38,749 nucleotides of DNA from Acidobacteriota bacterium (GTDB taxonomy: Bacteria; Acidobacteriota; Vicinamibacteria; Fen-336). The position numbers were made by a program, and so were the translations under genes. This document shows positions 1 to 9,766 of the stretch, one piece after another. Numbering within the stretch: position 1 is the stretch's first letter; every line of letters begins with the position of its first letter. The notes under the pieces are model-generated. The model had not been told where the DNA came from and ran no database searches. It worked only from the letters and a program-made list of their open reading frames with translations. The stretch covers positions 1 through 38,749 of the forward strand of contig JANMPI010000236.1 of the NCBI GenBank assembly GCA_031369785.1, given 5' to 3'.

Positions 1-990
1 TTCGCGAGCGTGTTCACGTTGTCGGTTAGGTCCTTCCACACGCCCGACACGTCCTTCACGTCGGCCTGCCCGCCAAGGCGGCCTTCGGTGCCGACCTCCT
101 TGGCGACGCGCGTGACCTCACCCGCGAAGCTGCGGAGCTGATCGACCATCGTGTTGAGCGTGTTCTTGAGCTCGAGCACCTCGCCCTTGGCGTCGACGGT
201 GATCTTCTTCGAGAGGTCGCCGTTGGCGACCGCGGTCGTGACCTCGGCGATGTTGCGCACCTGGCTGGTCAGGTTGCCGGCCATGAAGTTGACGGAGTCG
301 GTGAGGTCCTTCCACGTGCCCGCCACGCCCTTGACGTCGGCCTGACCGCCCAGGCGACCTTCGGTGCCGACCTCGCGCGCTACGCGCGTGACCTCGGCGG
401 CGAAGCTGCTCAGCTGGTCGACCATCGTGTTGATGGTGTCCTTCAGCTCGAGCATCTCGCCCTTGACGTCGACGGTGATCTTCCGCGAGAGGTCGCCGCC
501 GGCGACCGCCTTCGTGACGTCGGCGACGTTCCGCACCTGCGCGGTGAGGTTGCCGGCCATGGAGTTGACGCTGTCCGTCAGGTCCTTCCAGACGCCGCCG
601 ACCCCGGGGACCTGCGCCTGTCCGCCCAGCCGGCCCTCGGTGCCGACCTCGCGGGCCACGCGGGTGACTTCGGACGCGAACGAGCGCAGCTGGTCCACCA
701 TCGTATTGATGGTGTCCTTCAGCTCGAGCATCTCGCCGCGCACGTCGACGGTGATCTTCTTCGAGAGGTCGCCGGTGGCGACCGCGGTCGTGACGGCGGC
801 GATGTTCCGCACCTGGCTGGTCAGGTTGCCGGCCATGGAGTTGACGCTGTCCGTCAGGTCCTTCCACGTGCCCGCGACGCCCTTCACCTTGGCCTGGCCA
901 CCGAGCTTGCCCTCGCTGCCGACCTCGCGGGCGACGCGCGTGACTTCCGACGCGAAGGATCCCAGCTGCTCGACCATCGTGTTCACGGTG
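1..990 (-). repeat. Tandem ~276-nt (92-aa) coding repeats of the poly-HAMP array
   Basis: The NTMV(D/E)QL Met codon recurs at about 149, 425, 701 and 977, a 276-nt period. The WKDLTD motif recurs with the same period. Confidence 0.85.
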
Positions 991-1457
991 CGCGCCGTCT
1001 TCAGGAACTCGCCCTGCAGCGCGCGCCCCTCGATCTCCATCGCCATCGCCTGCGAGAGATCGCCGTGGGCGACGGCGGTGATGACGCGCGAGCTCTCGCT
1101 GAGCGGCGCGGCCAGATCGCCGATGAGGGCATTCACCGCGCCGATGGAGTCCGCCCACGAGCCGCTGACGTCGCCGATGCTCGCGCGCTGGTTGAGCTTG
1201 CCTTCCTTGCCGACCGCCTTGCTGATCCGATCCAGCTCCTGCGCGAGCCGCTGATTGCGCTCGACGACACCGTTGAACGCGTCGGCGATCTTCCCGCCGA
1301 GCCCGACCCAGTCATCGGGCAGGCGGACGGTGAAATCGCCGCGCCCGAGGGCGGTCAAGGCGCGCAGCAGCTGCCGCGGATCCATTTCGATCGCGCCGTT
1401 GCCCTTCACCGGACGCTCGCGTCCGTTGGGCGGCTTCGGCGGTTGAACGTTCCCCAT
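1..1457 (-). CDS. Poly-HAMP hybrid sensor histidine kinase, N-terminal part; runs off the left edge
   Basis: Not in the ORF track because it has no stop in the window. Manual translation from ATG 1457 (AGGAG RBS at 1466-1470) gives [10 protein letters not shown]...[18 protein letters not shown], then repeated units [85 protein letters not shown]. These are typical of NIK1/OS-1-like and bacterial multi-HAMP kinases. The kinase core lies outside the window. Confidence 0.92.
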   Translation of the reverse strand, partial: MGNVQPPKPPNGRERPVKGNGAIEMDPRQLLRALTALGRGDFTVRLPDDWVGLGGKIADAFNGVVERNQRLAQELDRISKAVGKEGKLNQRASIGDVSGSWADSIGAVNALIGDLAAPLSESSRVITAVAHGDLSQAMAMEIEGRALQGEFLKTARTVNTMVEQLGSFASEVTRVAREVGSEGKLGGQAKVKGVAGTWKDLTDSVNSMAGNLTSQVRNIAAVTTAVATGDLSKKITVDVRGEMLELKDTINTMVDQLRSFASEVTRVAREVGTEGRLGGQAQVPGVGGVWKDLTDSVNSMAGNLTAQVRNVADVTKAVAGGDLSRKITVDVKGEMLELKDTINTMVDQLSSFAAEVTRVAREVGTEGRLGGQADVKGVAGTWKDLTDSVNFMAGNLTSQVRNIAEVTTAVANGDLSKKITVDAKGEVLELKNTLNTMVDQLRSFAGEVTRVAKEVGTEGRLGGQADVKDVSGVWKDLTDNVNTLA

Positions 1458-1548
1458 TGGGCAGGCTCCTCGTCCAGGGAAGGCAGTCGGACGGCTAGGC
1501 TCGGGGCGCTTTCGGCCGAAGCCGCCGCCCTCCTGACATTTACAATCC

Positions 1549-1578
1549 AGAGTAAGGCTGTCTGCAACTCACTGTCAA
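1549..1578 (-). promoter_or_regulatory. Putative sigma70 promoter for the HAMP kinase
   Basis: Minus strand reads TTGACA (1578-1573), N18, TACTCT (1554-1549), in an AT-richer intergenic patch. Confidence 0.55.
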
Positions 1579-1597
1579 TGATGAGGTAGAAAGGTTC

Positions 1598-2923
1598 ATG
1601 CAGACCCCCTTCGACCTACAGGCGCTGAATGCCCTGCCGTGGTGGATCCTCACCTTCTGGGCGCTGGGGATCATCGCGTTTGCCACCTCCATCGTCACGC
1701 TCTTCTTTGCCCTCGGCCGGCGGCCGGGGAAAGTGTGGGCATCCGAAATACCGCCCGTGGCGTCCCGGGACTTCCTCGTCGGCATCTCGGGGATGGTCAA
1801 CTCGCCGCTCGAGACCGGGGGCACGGTCAAGCTGTTGAGCAACGGCGACGAGATCTTCCCCGCGATGCTCGACGCGATGCGAACGGCGAATAAGACCATC
1901 AACTTCTCGGTCTACATCTGGGAACCCGGCAAGGTCAGCGACATGGTGCTGGAGGTGATGACGGAGCGCGCGCGTTCGGGGGTCGAGGTGCGCGTACTGC
2001 TCGATGGGCTCGGCGGGATGCGGGCGCCCACCAAGGGCTTCGACGCCCTGAAGGCGGCGGGGGGCCGGATCGAGCTCTTCCGTGCCCCCCGGCTGGGGCG
2101 GTTGACCCGGTTCCACCGGCGGAACCACCGGCGGTCGATCGTCATCGACGGCCTGATCGCGTTCACCGGCGGGGCCGCGGTGGGCGACAAGTGGCTGGGA
2201 AACGCGGCCAACAAGGAGGAGTGGCGGGACAGCATGGTGCAGGTGACGGGGCCGCTCGCCAAGAGCGTGCAATCGGCGTTCACCACTACGTGGGGCGCCT
2301 GCGCGGGCGAGATGCTGGTCGGCGACGGCCATTACCCGGCGCGCGAGGCGTCACCGGCGGGGGCGCAGGACGTCTCGTACCACACGTGCGTGGTCAGCGC
2401 ACCGTCGGCCGAGGACCGTCCCATGCCGCTCTTCTTCATGTTGTCTTTCCTGGCCGCCCGGCGCACTCTTTACATCACGACGCCGTACTTCGTGCCCGAC
2501 GCGCAGACGCGCGCCGCCGCCGCCAGCCGGGCGAAGGCCGGCGTCGACGTCCGCATCCTCGTCCCCAACGAGCTGACCGATGCCGTGCCCATCCGGCTGG
2601 CCGGCCACAGCTACTTCGACGAGCTGCTGAGCGCGGGAGTGAAGATCTACGAGTACCAGCCCGCGATGATGCACAACAAGACGGTGGTGGTCGACGGCCA
2701 GTGGTCGATCGTGGGCTCGGCCAACATGGACATCCGGTCGACCGAGCTCAACCAGGAGAACGTCCTCGGGATCCTCGACGCGGGCTTCGGCCGTCAGCTC
2801 GACGCGACGTTCCTCACCGACATCGAGAAGGCGAAGGAGATCACGCTTGCGGACTGGCGCCGCCGTGGCCCGTGGCGGCGGCTCAAGGAACGGGCGTCGG
2901 CCCTGTTTGCGGAGCAGTACTGA
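1598..2923 (+). CDS. cls: Cardiolipin synthase-like phospholipase D family protein
   Basis: N-terminal TM helix, LLSNGDEIFPAML, two PLD motifs (HRRSIVID variant and MHNKTVVVDG..SIVGSANMD), and ITTPYFVPD. Confidence 0.88.
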   Translation: MQTPFDLQALNALPWWILTFWALGIIAFATSIVTLFFALGRRPGKVWASEIPPVASRDFLVGISGMVNSPLETGGTVKLLSNGDEIFPAMLDAMRTANKTINFSVYIWEPGKVSDMVLEVMTERARSGVEVRVLLDGLGGMRAPTKGFDALKAAGGRIELFRAPRLGRLTRFHRRNHRRSIVIDGLIAFTGGAAVGDKWLGNAANKEEWRDSMVQVTGPLAKSVQSAFTTTWGACAGEMLVGDGHYPAREASPAGAQDVSYHTCVVSAPSAEDRPMPLFFMLSFLAARRTLYITTPYFVPDAQTRAAAASRAKAGVDVRILVPNELTDAVPIRLAGHSYFDELLSAGVKIYEYQPAMMHNKTVVVDGQWSIVGSANMDIRSTELNQENVLGILDAGFGRQLDATFLTDIEKAKEITLADWRRRGPWRRLKERASALFAEQY

Positions 2924-3362
2924 CCGCCGAGATTTCCTTCGGGAGCACGCTCAAGGCCTGATCGCAGCTCTCGCTCACCCGGCGGACGCTCCGGGCGAGT
3001 TCGTCCGGTGCGCACGGCTTGGCGAGAAACGCCGCGACCCCCGCCTCCCGCGCGCGTTGCTCGTCCGCGGGGAAGGTGTGGGCCGAAAGCACGACCACGG
3101 GAATGCGGGCGGTCTCGGGATTGGCGGACAGGCTCGCAATGGCCGTCCACCCGTCCATCGAAGGCAGGGAAAGGTCCATGACGATCACGTCGGGGATGAA
3201 CTCGAGCGCGATTGCCACCGCGTCCCCCCCATCACCTGCTTCGTGGACGGCATACCCCGAAGCGCGCAGGAAGAACGCGTACATCTCCCGGGAGTCGTGG
3301 ACGTCGTCGACGAGGAGGACCGTGCACTGCTTCTGGGGGATGGTCTCGAACGCAGCGGTCAT
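2883..3362 (-). CDS. Single-domain response regulator (CheY/DivK-like)
   Basis: VLLVDD...PDVIVMDLSLPSMDG...VVVLSA...FLAKP. AGGAG RBS upstream. Its 3' end overlaps cls convergently. Confidence 0.88.
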   Translation of the reverse strand: MTAAFETIPQKQCTVLLVDDVHDSREMYAFFLRASGYAVHEAGDGGDAVAIALEFIPDVIVMDLSLPSMDGWTAIASLSANPETARIPVVVLSAHTFPADEQRAREAGVAAFLAKPCAPDELARSVRRVSESCDQALSVLPKEISAVSTAPQTGPTPVP

Positions 3363-3414
3363 CGTCGCTCCTGACTCCCGGGCGCTTCGGGGACCCGTGG
3401 GTGGTCACGAGCTG

Positions 3415-3430
3415 TGCAAGAACCGCGCCC
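3415..3430 (-). promoter_or_regulatory. Putative sigma54 (-24/-12) promoter for the REC gene
   Basis: Minus strand reads GGGCGCGGTTCTTGCA, which is GG-N10-GC ending in TTGCA and close to the TGGCACG-N4-TTGCW consensus. Confidence 0.55.
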
Positions 3431-3461
3431 GGCGAATCAACGTGCTACCGTGGCTCGAGAT

Positions 3462-3477
3462 GGGGCCGAATCTTGCA
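3462..3477 (+). promoter_or_regulatory. Putative sigma54 promoter for the diguanylate cyclase operon
   Basis: GGGGCCGAATCTTGCA has GG at 3463-64, N10, and GC at 3475-76. It ends 26 nt upstream of ATG 3504. Confidence 0.45.
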
Positions 3478-3503
3478 TGGAACGGACCGGGGCCACTCCA
3501 CTC

Positions 3504-5612
3504 ATGAAGATCCTCATCATCGACGACGACGCCGACACCCGGGAGCTGGTGCAGATGAGCCTGGTCCTCGCGCGCATGGAGACGCTCACCGCGTCCTCCG
3601 GCGCCGACGGAGTCGCCAAGGCGGCGCGAGAGCATCCGGATGCGATCCTCCTCGACGTCATGATGCCGTTCATGGACGGCCCCGCGACGCTGCGGGCCCT
3701 GCGCGCCGATCCGCGAACCGCGGACATCCCGGTCCTGTTCCTGACCGCTTCGGCCATGATCGCGGAGGTCGAGCGGCTGGAGTCGCTCGACGTCGTCGGC
3801 ATTCTCGCCAAGCCCTTCGATCCGGCGACGCTCGGCGGCAGGGTGCGCGCGGCGCTCGAGAAGAGCGCGGCCTCCCGGAAGCCGCCCGGGGCAACTCCCA
3901 AGGCGGCGGCGCTTCCCAAGACCCTCGAGGACCTGCGGAACGCGTTCGTCAAGACGTCGCTCGAGAAGTCGGTCCGCGCGAAGCAGGTGGTGGCGCACCT
4001 CCAGAAGGAGCCGGCGGACGAGACGGCGCGCGAAGAGCTGATGCGCTTCTTCCAGTCGCTGGCCGGGATCGCCGACAGCCACCGCTACGTCCAGGTCACG
4101 GCGCTCGCGAAGGAAGGCGAGCTCGAATGCATGGCCCTGAAGAAGGCCGCCGCGCCGGCCGGCCCCGGCGAGATCGACAACTGGCAGCGCATGATCGACG
4201 CGCTCGTCCACGAGCTGAAGACCCCTCCCGCGGGCGCGCATCCCCTCGCGACGCCGGCGGAGGCGGAAGTGCCCGACGTCGATCCCGATTCGGCGCGCAG
4301 CTCCGTCCTCCTCGTCACCGCCGACGAGGACGCGCGCAACCAGCTCGTCCCCTTGCTCGAATCCGAGGGGCTTTCCGTTTCCCACGCGGGCACGCTGCAG
4401 GAAGCCCGCATGGCGCTGGCCGACGAGCGCGCGCTGCCCTCCGCGGTGGTCGTCGACGTAGAGCTCCCCGACGGCTCGGGTCACGACATCATCGTCGGCA
4501 TCCGCCGCATGTCCGCCGGTGAAGGCGTCGCGGTGGTGGTGATGAGCCCGCGCGGCGGATTCCTGGACAAGGTCGAGGCGATCACCAGCGGCGCCGACGG
4601 CTATTTCGAGAAGCCCGTGGATTGGAAGGCGCTGCTGCGCCGCCTCCAGCATCTCCTGGAGAGCAGCCGGCCGGAGCCGTCCAAGGTCCTCTCCGTCGAG
4701 GACGACCCGGAGCAGGCGGCGTACGTGCGGGCGATCCTCGAATCCGCCGGCCACACCGTGTTCGTCTGCTCGGATCCCGCCAACTTCGACCAGATGCTCC
4801 GCGAGCACACGCCCGACCTCGTGCTGATGGACATCCTCCTGCCCGGCGTGACCGGCTACGACCTCGTCCGCTACCTGCGGCAGGACGAGCGCTACGCGAC
4901 CCTGCCCGTCCTCTTCCTGACCACGGAGGGCCAGCTGCAGTCCCGCTATCACACCGCGCGCGTCGGAGGCGACGACCACCTCGTGAAGCCGGTGGTCGCG
5001 CCGCTTCTTCTCTCGACCGTCGCCGCCCGCATCGAGCGCTCGCGCTTCGTGCGGCAGCTGCTGAGCCGCGACGGCCTGACGCGCCTTCTTACCCATACCG
5101 CCTTCATCGAGGCCGCGCAGGGCCTGCACGCGCGGTTTCAGCCCGACCCGACGCGGCCGGTCAGCTGGGTGATGATCGACGTCGACCACTTCAAGTCGGT
5201 GAACGACCGCTTCGGCCACCCGGTGGGCGATCGCGTGCTCGCCTCGCTCGCCGCGCTCCTCCGGCGGCGCCTGCGGCAGTCCGATCGCGTGGGCCGGTAC
5301 GGCGGCGAGGAGTTCGCGACCCTGACCGAGGAGCTGCCGGAGGCGGAGGTCGTGCGCCTCGTGGAGCGCCTGCTCGCGGAGTTCGGGGCGATGGAGCACC
5401 ACGCCGCGGATGGGAAGCCCTTTCACACCACATTCAGCGCGGGTGTGGCCATGCTGACGCCGGGCATGACGCTCGACGCCTGGAAAAAGGCGGCGGACGA
5501 CGCGCTCTATGCCGCCAAGGCCGGCGGCCGCAATCGCGTGATGGCCTTCGGGGGCGATACGGCGCCCCGGACAGGAGAGCATGGAACGCAGGGAAGCGCC
5601 CTGGGCGCCTGA
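3504..5612 (+). CDS. Response-regulator diguanylate cyclase (REC - Hpt-like - REC - REC - GGEEF)
   Basis: REC1 starts MKILIIDDD. It is followed by an Hpt-like helical bundle and two more REC domains (VVVDVELPDG; LMDILLPG). The cyclase domain has MIDVDHFKSVNDRFGHPVGD, an RxxD I-site (RQSD) and RYGGEEF. Confidence 0.92.
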   Translation: MKILIIDDDADTRELVQMSLVLARMETLTASSGADGVAKAAREHPDAILLDVMMPFMDGPATLRALRADPRTADIPVLFLTASAMIAEVERLESLDVVGILAKPFDPATLGGRVRAALEKSAASRKPPGATPKAAALPKTLEDLRNAFVKTSLEKSVRAKQVVAHLQKEPADETAREELMRFFQSLAGIADSHRYVQVTALAKEGELECMALKKAAAPAGPGEIDNWQRMIDALVHELKTPPAGAHPLATPAEAEVPDVDPDSARSSVLLVTADEDARNQLVPLLESEGLSVSHAGTLQEARMALADERALPSAVVVDVELPDGSGHDIIVGIRRMSAGEGVAVVVMSPRGGFLDKVEAITSGADGYFEKPVDWKALLRRLQHLLESSRPEPSKVLSVEDDPEQAAYVRAILESAGHTVFVCSDPANFDQMLREHTPDLVLMDILLPGVTGYDLVRYLRQDERYATLPVLFLTTEGQLQSRYHTARVGGDDHLVKPVVAPLLLSTVAARIERSRFVRQLLSRDGLTRLLTHTAFIEAAQGLHARFQPDPTRPVSWVMIDVDHFKSVNDRFGHPVGDRVLASLAALLRRRLRQSDRVGRYGGEEFATLTEELPEAEVVRLVERLLAEFGAMEHHAADGKPFHTTFSAGVAMLTPGMTLDAWKKAADDALYAAKAGGRNRVMAFGGDTAPRTGEHGTQGSALGA

Positions 5613-6312
5613 TAATCCGCGCAACCGCCGCCGCCCGCGCTGGGGCGACTTCCGCGGCGCCTATCCGCGGATCGTCACCGCGACGGCCATCGGCCTCGCG
5701 GGCTTGATCGCCCTCGACAGCTGGCTCGTGTACAAGCGGTTGCAGTACACGCGCCAGATAGCGGCGATCCGCGACAGCTTGAGCGAGGTCGATAAGCAGC
5801 GCGCGGACGCGATCATCGCCTCGGGGGCGAACCGCACGCGCCTGCAGGTCGCGCTGGTGCGCCGCGACGCGCAGCTCGAGGATGACCTGAACCTGGCCGT
5901 CTCCATCGACAAGGCCCGTCTCTACCTTCAGCGCGAGGGCGCGCAGCTCCGCGAGATCCCGGTGCGCCTCGGACCCGAGAAGTCGATCGGCAACGGAGAG
6001 GGCGACGTGAAGCTCGCCGCCCCCCGCGGCCGGTTCACGATCGCCAGGGTGGTGGACTCGTCGTACCGCTGGCGCGCTCCGCAGTGGCTGATGACCGATC
6101 GCGGCGTGGCCGCGGGCGCCCGGGAGTTCGAGGGCGGCCTGGGGCCGATCGCCATCCTGCTCAACGGGGGCGCGGTCATTTATTCCGACCCCGACCACGG
6201 GCCGCTGAAGGATCCCGACTACGTGATGCCGGGGGCGGTGCGTGCGAGTCCGTCGGACTTGAAGGCGATGGCCGAAGTGCTCGAGGTCGGCATGCCGGTG
6301 TACTTCTATTGA
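5581..6312 (+). CDS. Membrane-anchored L,D-transpeptidase-like (YkuD-fold) protein lacking the catalytic His/Cys
   Basis: TM helix, coiled segment, LAVSIDKARLYL, APRGRFTIA, WRAPQW and C-terminal LEVGMPVYFY, all parallel to the downstream LDT. The HGT and SHGC positions read IYS and MPGA. AGGAGA RBS upstream. Confidence 0.72.
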   Translation: MERREAPWAPDNPRNRRRPRWGDFRGAYPRIVTATAIGLAGLIALDSWLVYKRLQYTRQIAAIRDSLSEVDKQRADAIIASGANRTRLQVALVRRDAQLEDDLNLAVSIDKARLYLQREGAQLREIPVRLGPEKSIGNGEGDVKLAAPRGRFTIARVVDSSYRWRAPQWLMTDRGVAAGAREFEGGLGPIAILLNGGAVIYSDPDHGPLKDPDYVMPGAVRASPSDLKAMAEVLEVGMPVYFY

Positions 6313-6332
6313 AGGGGACCCAAGACGTGGGG

Positions 6333-7208
6333 ATGACGCCGAGCGGGCTCACGGACCGGACGGTCCGATTCTTCGGGCATGGCGGCGGGGTAGCGTGGTA
6401 TCTGCTGGGCGGGATGATGCTGCTCACCGGGCTCTCCACGTGGCTCTTCGTCGACACGCGCGTTGCCCTGCGCTTCCGGCGCGACGTCATGCGCATGGTC
6501 GCGGAGGACGACGTCAGCCTCCTCGAAACCGTGCAGGCCAATTTGCAGCAGACCGAGCAGCTGCTCCAGGAAGCGGCGGACGCGGAGCCGCCGAAGGACC
6601 GCCCGTATCTCGTGGTGAGCCTCGACGAGCACCGCGTGTGGCTGAAGGGCGGCTCGGAGGTCAAGTTCACCACGCAGGTGGCGACGGGCAGCGGCAAGTC
6701 ACTCGTGCAGGAGAACGGAAACAGCACCTGGAAGTTCGAGACGCCGCGGGGCCGGCTCGTCGTGCAGAGCAAGGAGAAGGACCCGGTCTGGAATCCGCCG
6801 GACTGGCACTTCGTCGAGCAGGCGCGCAAGCGCGGGATGACCGTGGCGCGGGCCGAGCGCGGCACTCCCATTCGCACCTCGGACGGAGGCGTCATCACCG
6901 CCGAGGGATCGGATCTCGTGAAGCGCTATCCGGACGGGCGCCGCGCGGTGCTCGATGCGACGGATGGGCGTGAGATCGTCGCCGATGGGCGCTTGATCAT
7001 TCCCCCGCTCGGCACGAACCAGCGGCAGTACAAGGGCGTGCTGGGAACGCGGCGCCTGAACCTCGGCAACGGGTACGCGCTCCACGGGACGAACCAGCCG
7101 GACTCGATCGGCCGCTCGGTGAGCCACGGCTGCATCCGCCTGCGCAACGAGGACATCGAGAAGCTGTACGAGATGGTCCCGGTGGGAACGCCCGTTTACA
7201 TTTACTAA
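6333..7208 (+). CDS. L,D-transpeptidase (YkuD/ErfK family)
   Basis: TM helix, [16 protein letters not shown], and the intact catalytic motif [33 protein letters not shown]. Start placed at ATG 6333; the exact start is uncertain. Confidence 0.9.
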   Translation: MTPSGLTDRTVRFFGHGGGVAWYLLGGMMLLTGLSTWLFVDTRVALRFRRDVMRMVAEDDVSLLETVQANLQQTEQLLQEAADAEPPKDRPYLVVSLDEHRVWLKGGSEVKFTTQVATGSGKSLVQENGNSTWKFETPRGRLVVQSKEKDPVWNPPDWHFVEQARKRGMTVARAERGTPIRTSDGGVITAEGSDLVKRYPDGRRAVLDATDGREIVADGRLIIPPLGTNQRQYKGVLGTRRLNLGNGYALHGTNQPDSIGRSVSHGCIRLRNEDIEKLYEMVPVGTPVYIY

Positions 7209-7225
7209 GTGCTAACGTCCGGCGG

Positions 7226-8827
<1,602 letters not shown>

Positions 8828-8931
8828 GCGCGCTCTTCCGCCTGCGAATCGAGGAGGCGATCGCGCTCGCCTTCCTGCTCCCGACGACCTAACGGACCCT
8901 TGCCGCCGACTACTACGCGCGGGAAGCGGGG

Positions 8932-9762
8932 ATGCTCGGCGCCCGCCATCCCGGCGGGGTGTGGCGTCTCGCCGTCGCGGCGGGAATGCTGCTCATCCTC
9001 GCCGCCGCGCACTGGTGGCTCCCGCGGTCCCCCGCCGTGCACGCGCTGCGCGAGGTCGTCCCCTTCATGGCCTGCATCCTCATCTACACGAACCTCCACG
9101 ACACCATCGGGCTCGTGAACCCGCACGACGTCCACCACGTCCTCGCCGCCCTCGACCGGCAGATCTTCGGCGTCGTCCCCTGCGTGTGGGCCGAGCGATT
9201 CATCACCGCCGGCCGCACCGAGGTGATGTCGCTCTTCTACGTGAGCTTCGCGTGGATCGCCCCCTCGACCGCGCTCATCCTCCTGGCGCGCCGCCGCCAT
9301 GCGGAGTTCCGGGCCGCCATCCTCGGGGTGCTGATGTGCTTCTACTTGGGGTACCTCCTCTACGTGGCCTTCCCGGCCGCGCCGCCGCGCCTCGTGCTGG
9401 TCTACGAGTTCACGCGCACCCTCCAGGGCTATCCGCACCTGTTCTCGAACCTGTCCGCGCGGACGTTCGAGCTCCTGCCGGTGGACAGCCGCGCCGCGTT
9501 CCCTTCGCTCCACGCCGCGGTGTCGCTGGTGGCCCTCGTCTACGCGTGGCGGTTCGTCCGCGGGTGGTTCTGGGTGCTGCTGCCGTTCTGCGTCGGCCTC
9601 TGGATCGCGACCATCTACCTCCGCCATCACTACGCGGTGGATCTGATCGCGGGCTTCCTGCTCGCCCCCGTCGCGATGTGGGTGGCGCCGCGTCTCGACG
9701 CCTGGTGGGCACGGCGGCAGAGGGTGTACGGCTACCGGACGGCCCTCGGCGCCGCAGCCTGA
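8932..9762 (+). CDS. PAP2/Aur1-Ipt1-like integral membrane phosphotransferase/phosphatase; possibly N-terminally truncated by an in-frame TAA at 8890
   Basis: Multiple TM segments and the motifs FPAAPPR, AAFPSLHAA and RHHYAVDLIAG. The same frame is open back to CTG 8824 except for one TAA. Confidence 0.82.
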   Translation: MLGARHPGGVWRLAVAAGMLLILAAAHWWLPRSPAVHALREVVPFMACILIYTNLHDTIGLVNPHDVHHVLAALDRQIFGVVPCVWAERFITAGRTEVMSLFYVSFAWIAPSTALILLARRRHAEFRAAILGVLMCFYLGYLLYVAFPAAPPRLVLVYEFTRTLQGYPHLFSNLSARTFELLPVDSRAAFPSLHAAVSLVALVYAWRFVRGWFWVLLPFCVGLWIATIYLRHHYAVDLIAGFLLAPVAMWVAPRLDAWWARRQRVYGYRTALGAAA

Positions 9763-9766
9763 CCGA

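Noticed and set aside
118-1254. Repetitive ORFs 118..1158 (-) and 364..1254 (+), and the 276-nt DNA periodicity as a possible array
   Set aside because: They are shadows of the poly-HAMP coding repeats. There is no repeat-spacer structure, so this is not CRISPR.
3405-5624. 739-aa minus-strand ORF and many similar long antisense or alternate-frame ORFs
   Set aside because: These are expected from high GC3 codon bias. They carry no recognisable motifs and each overlaps a well-supported gene.
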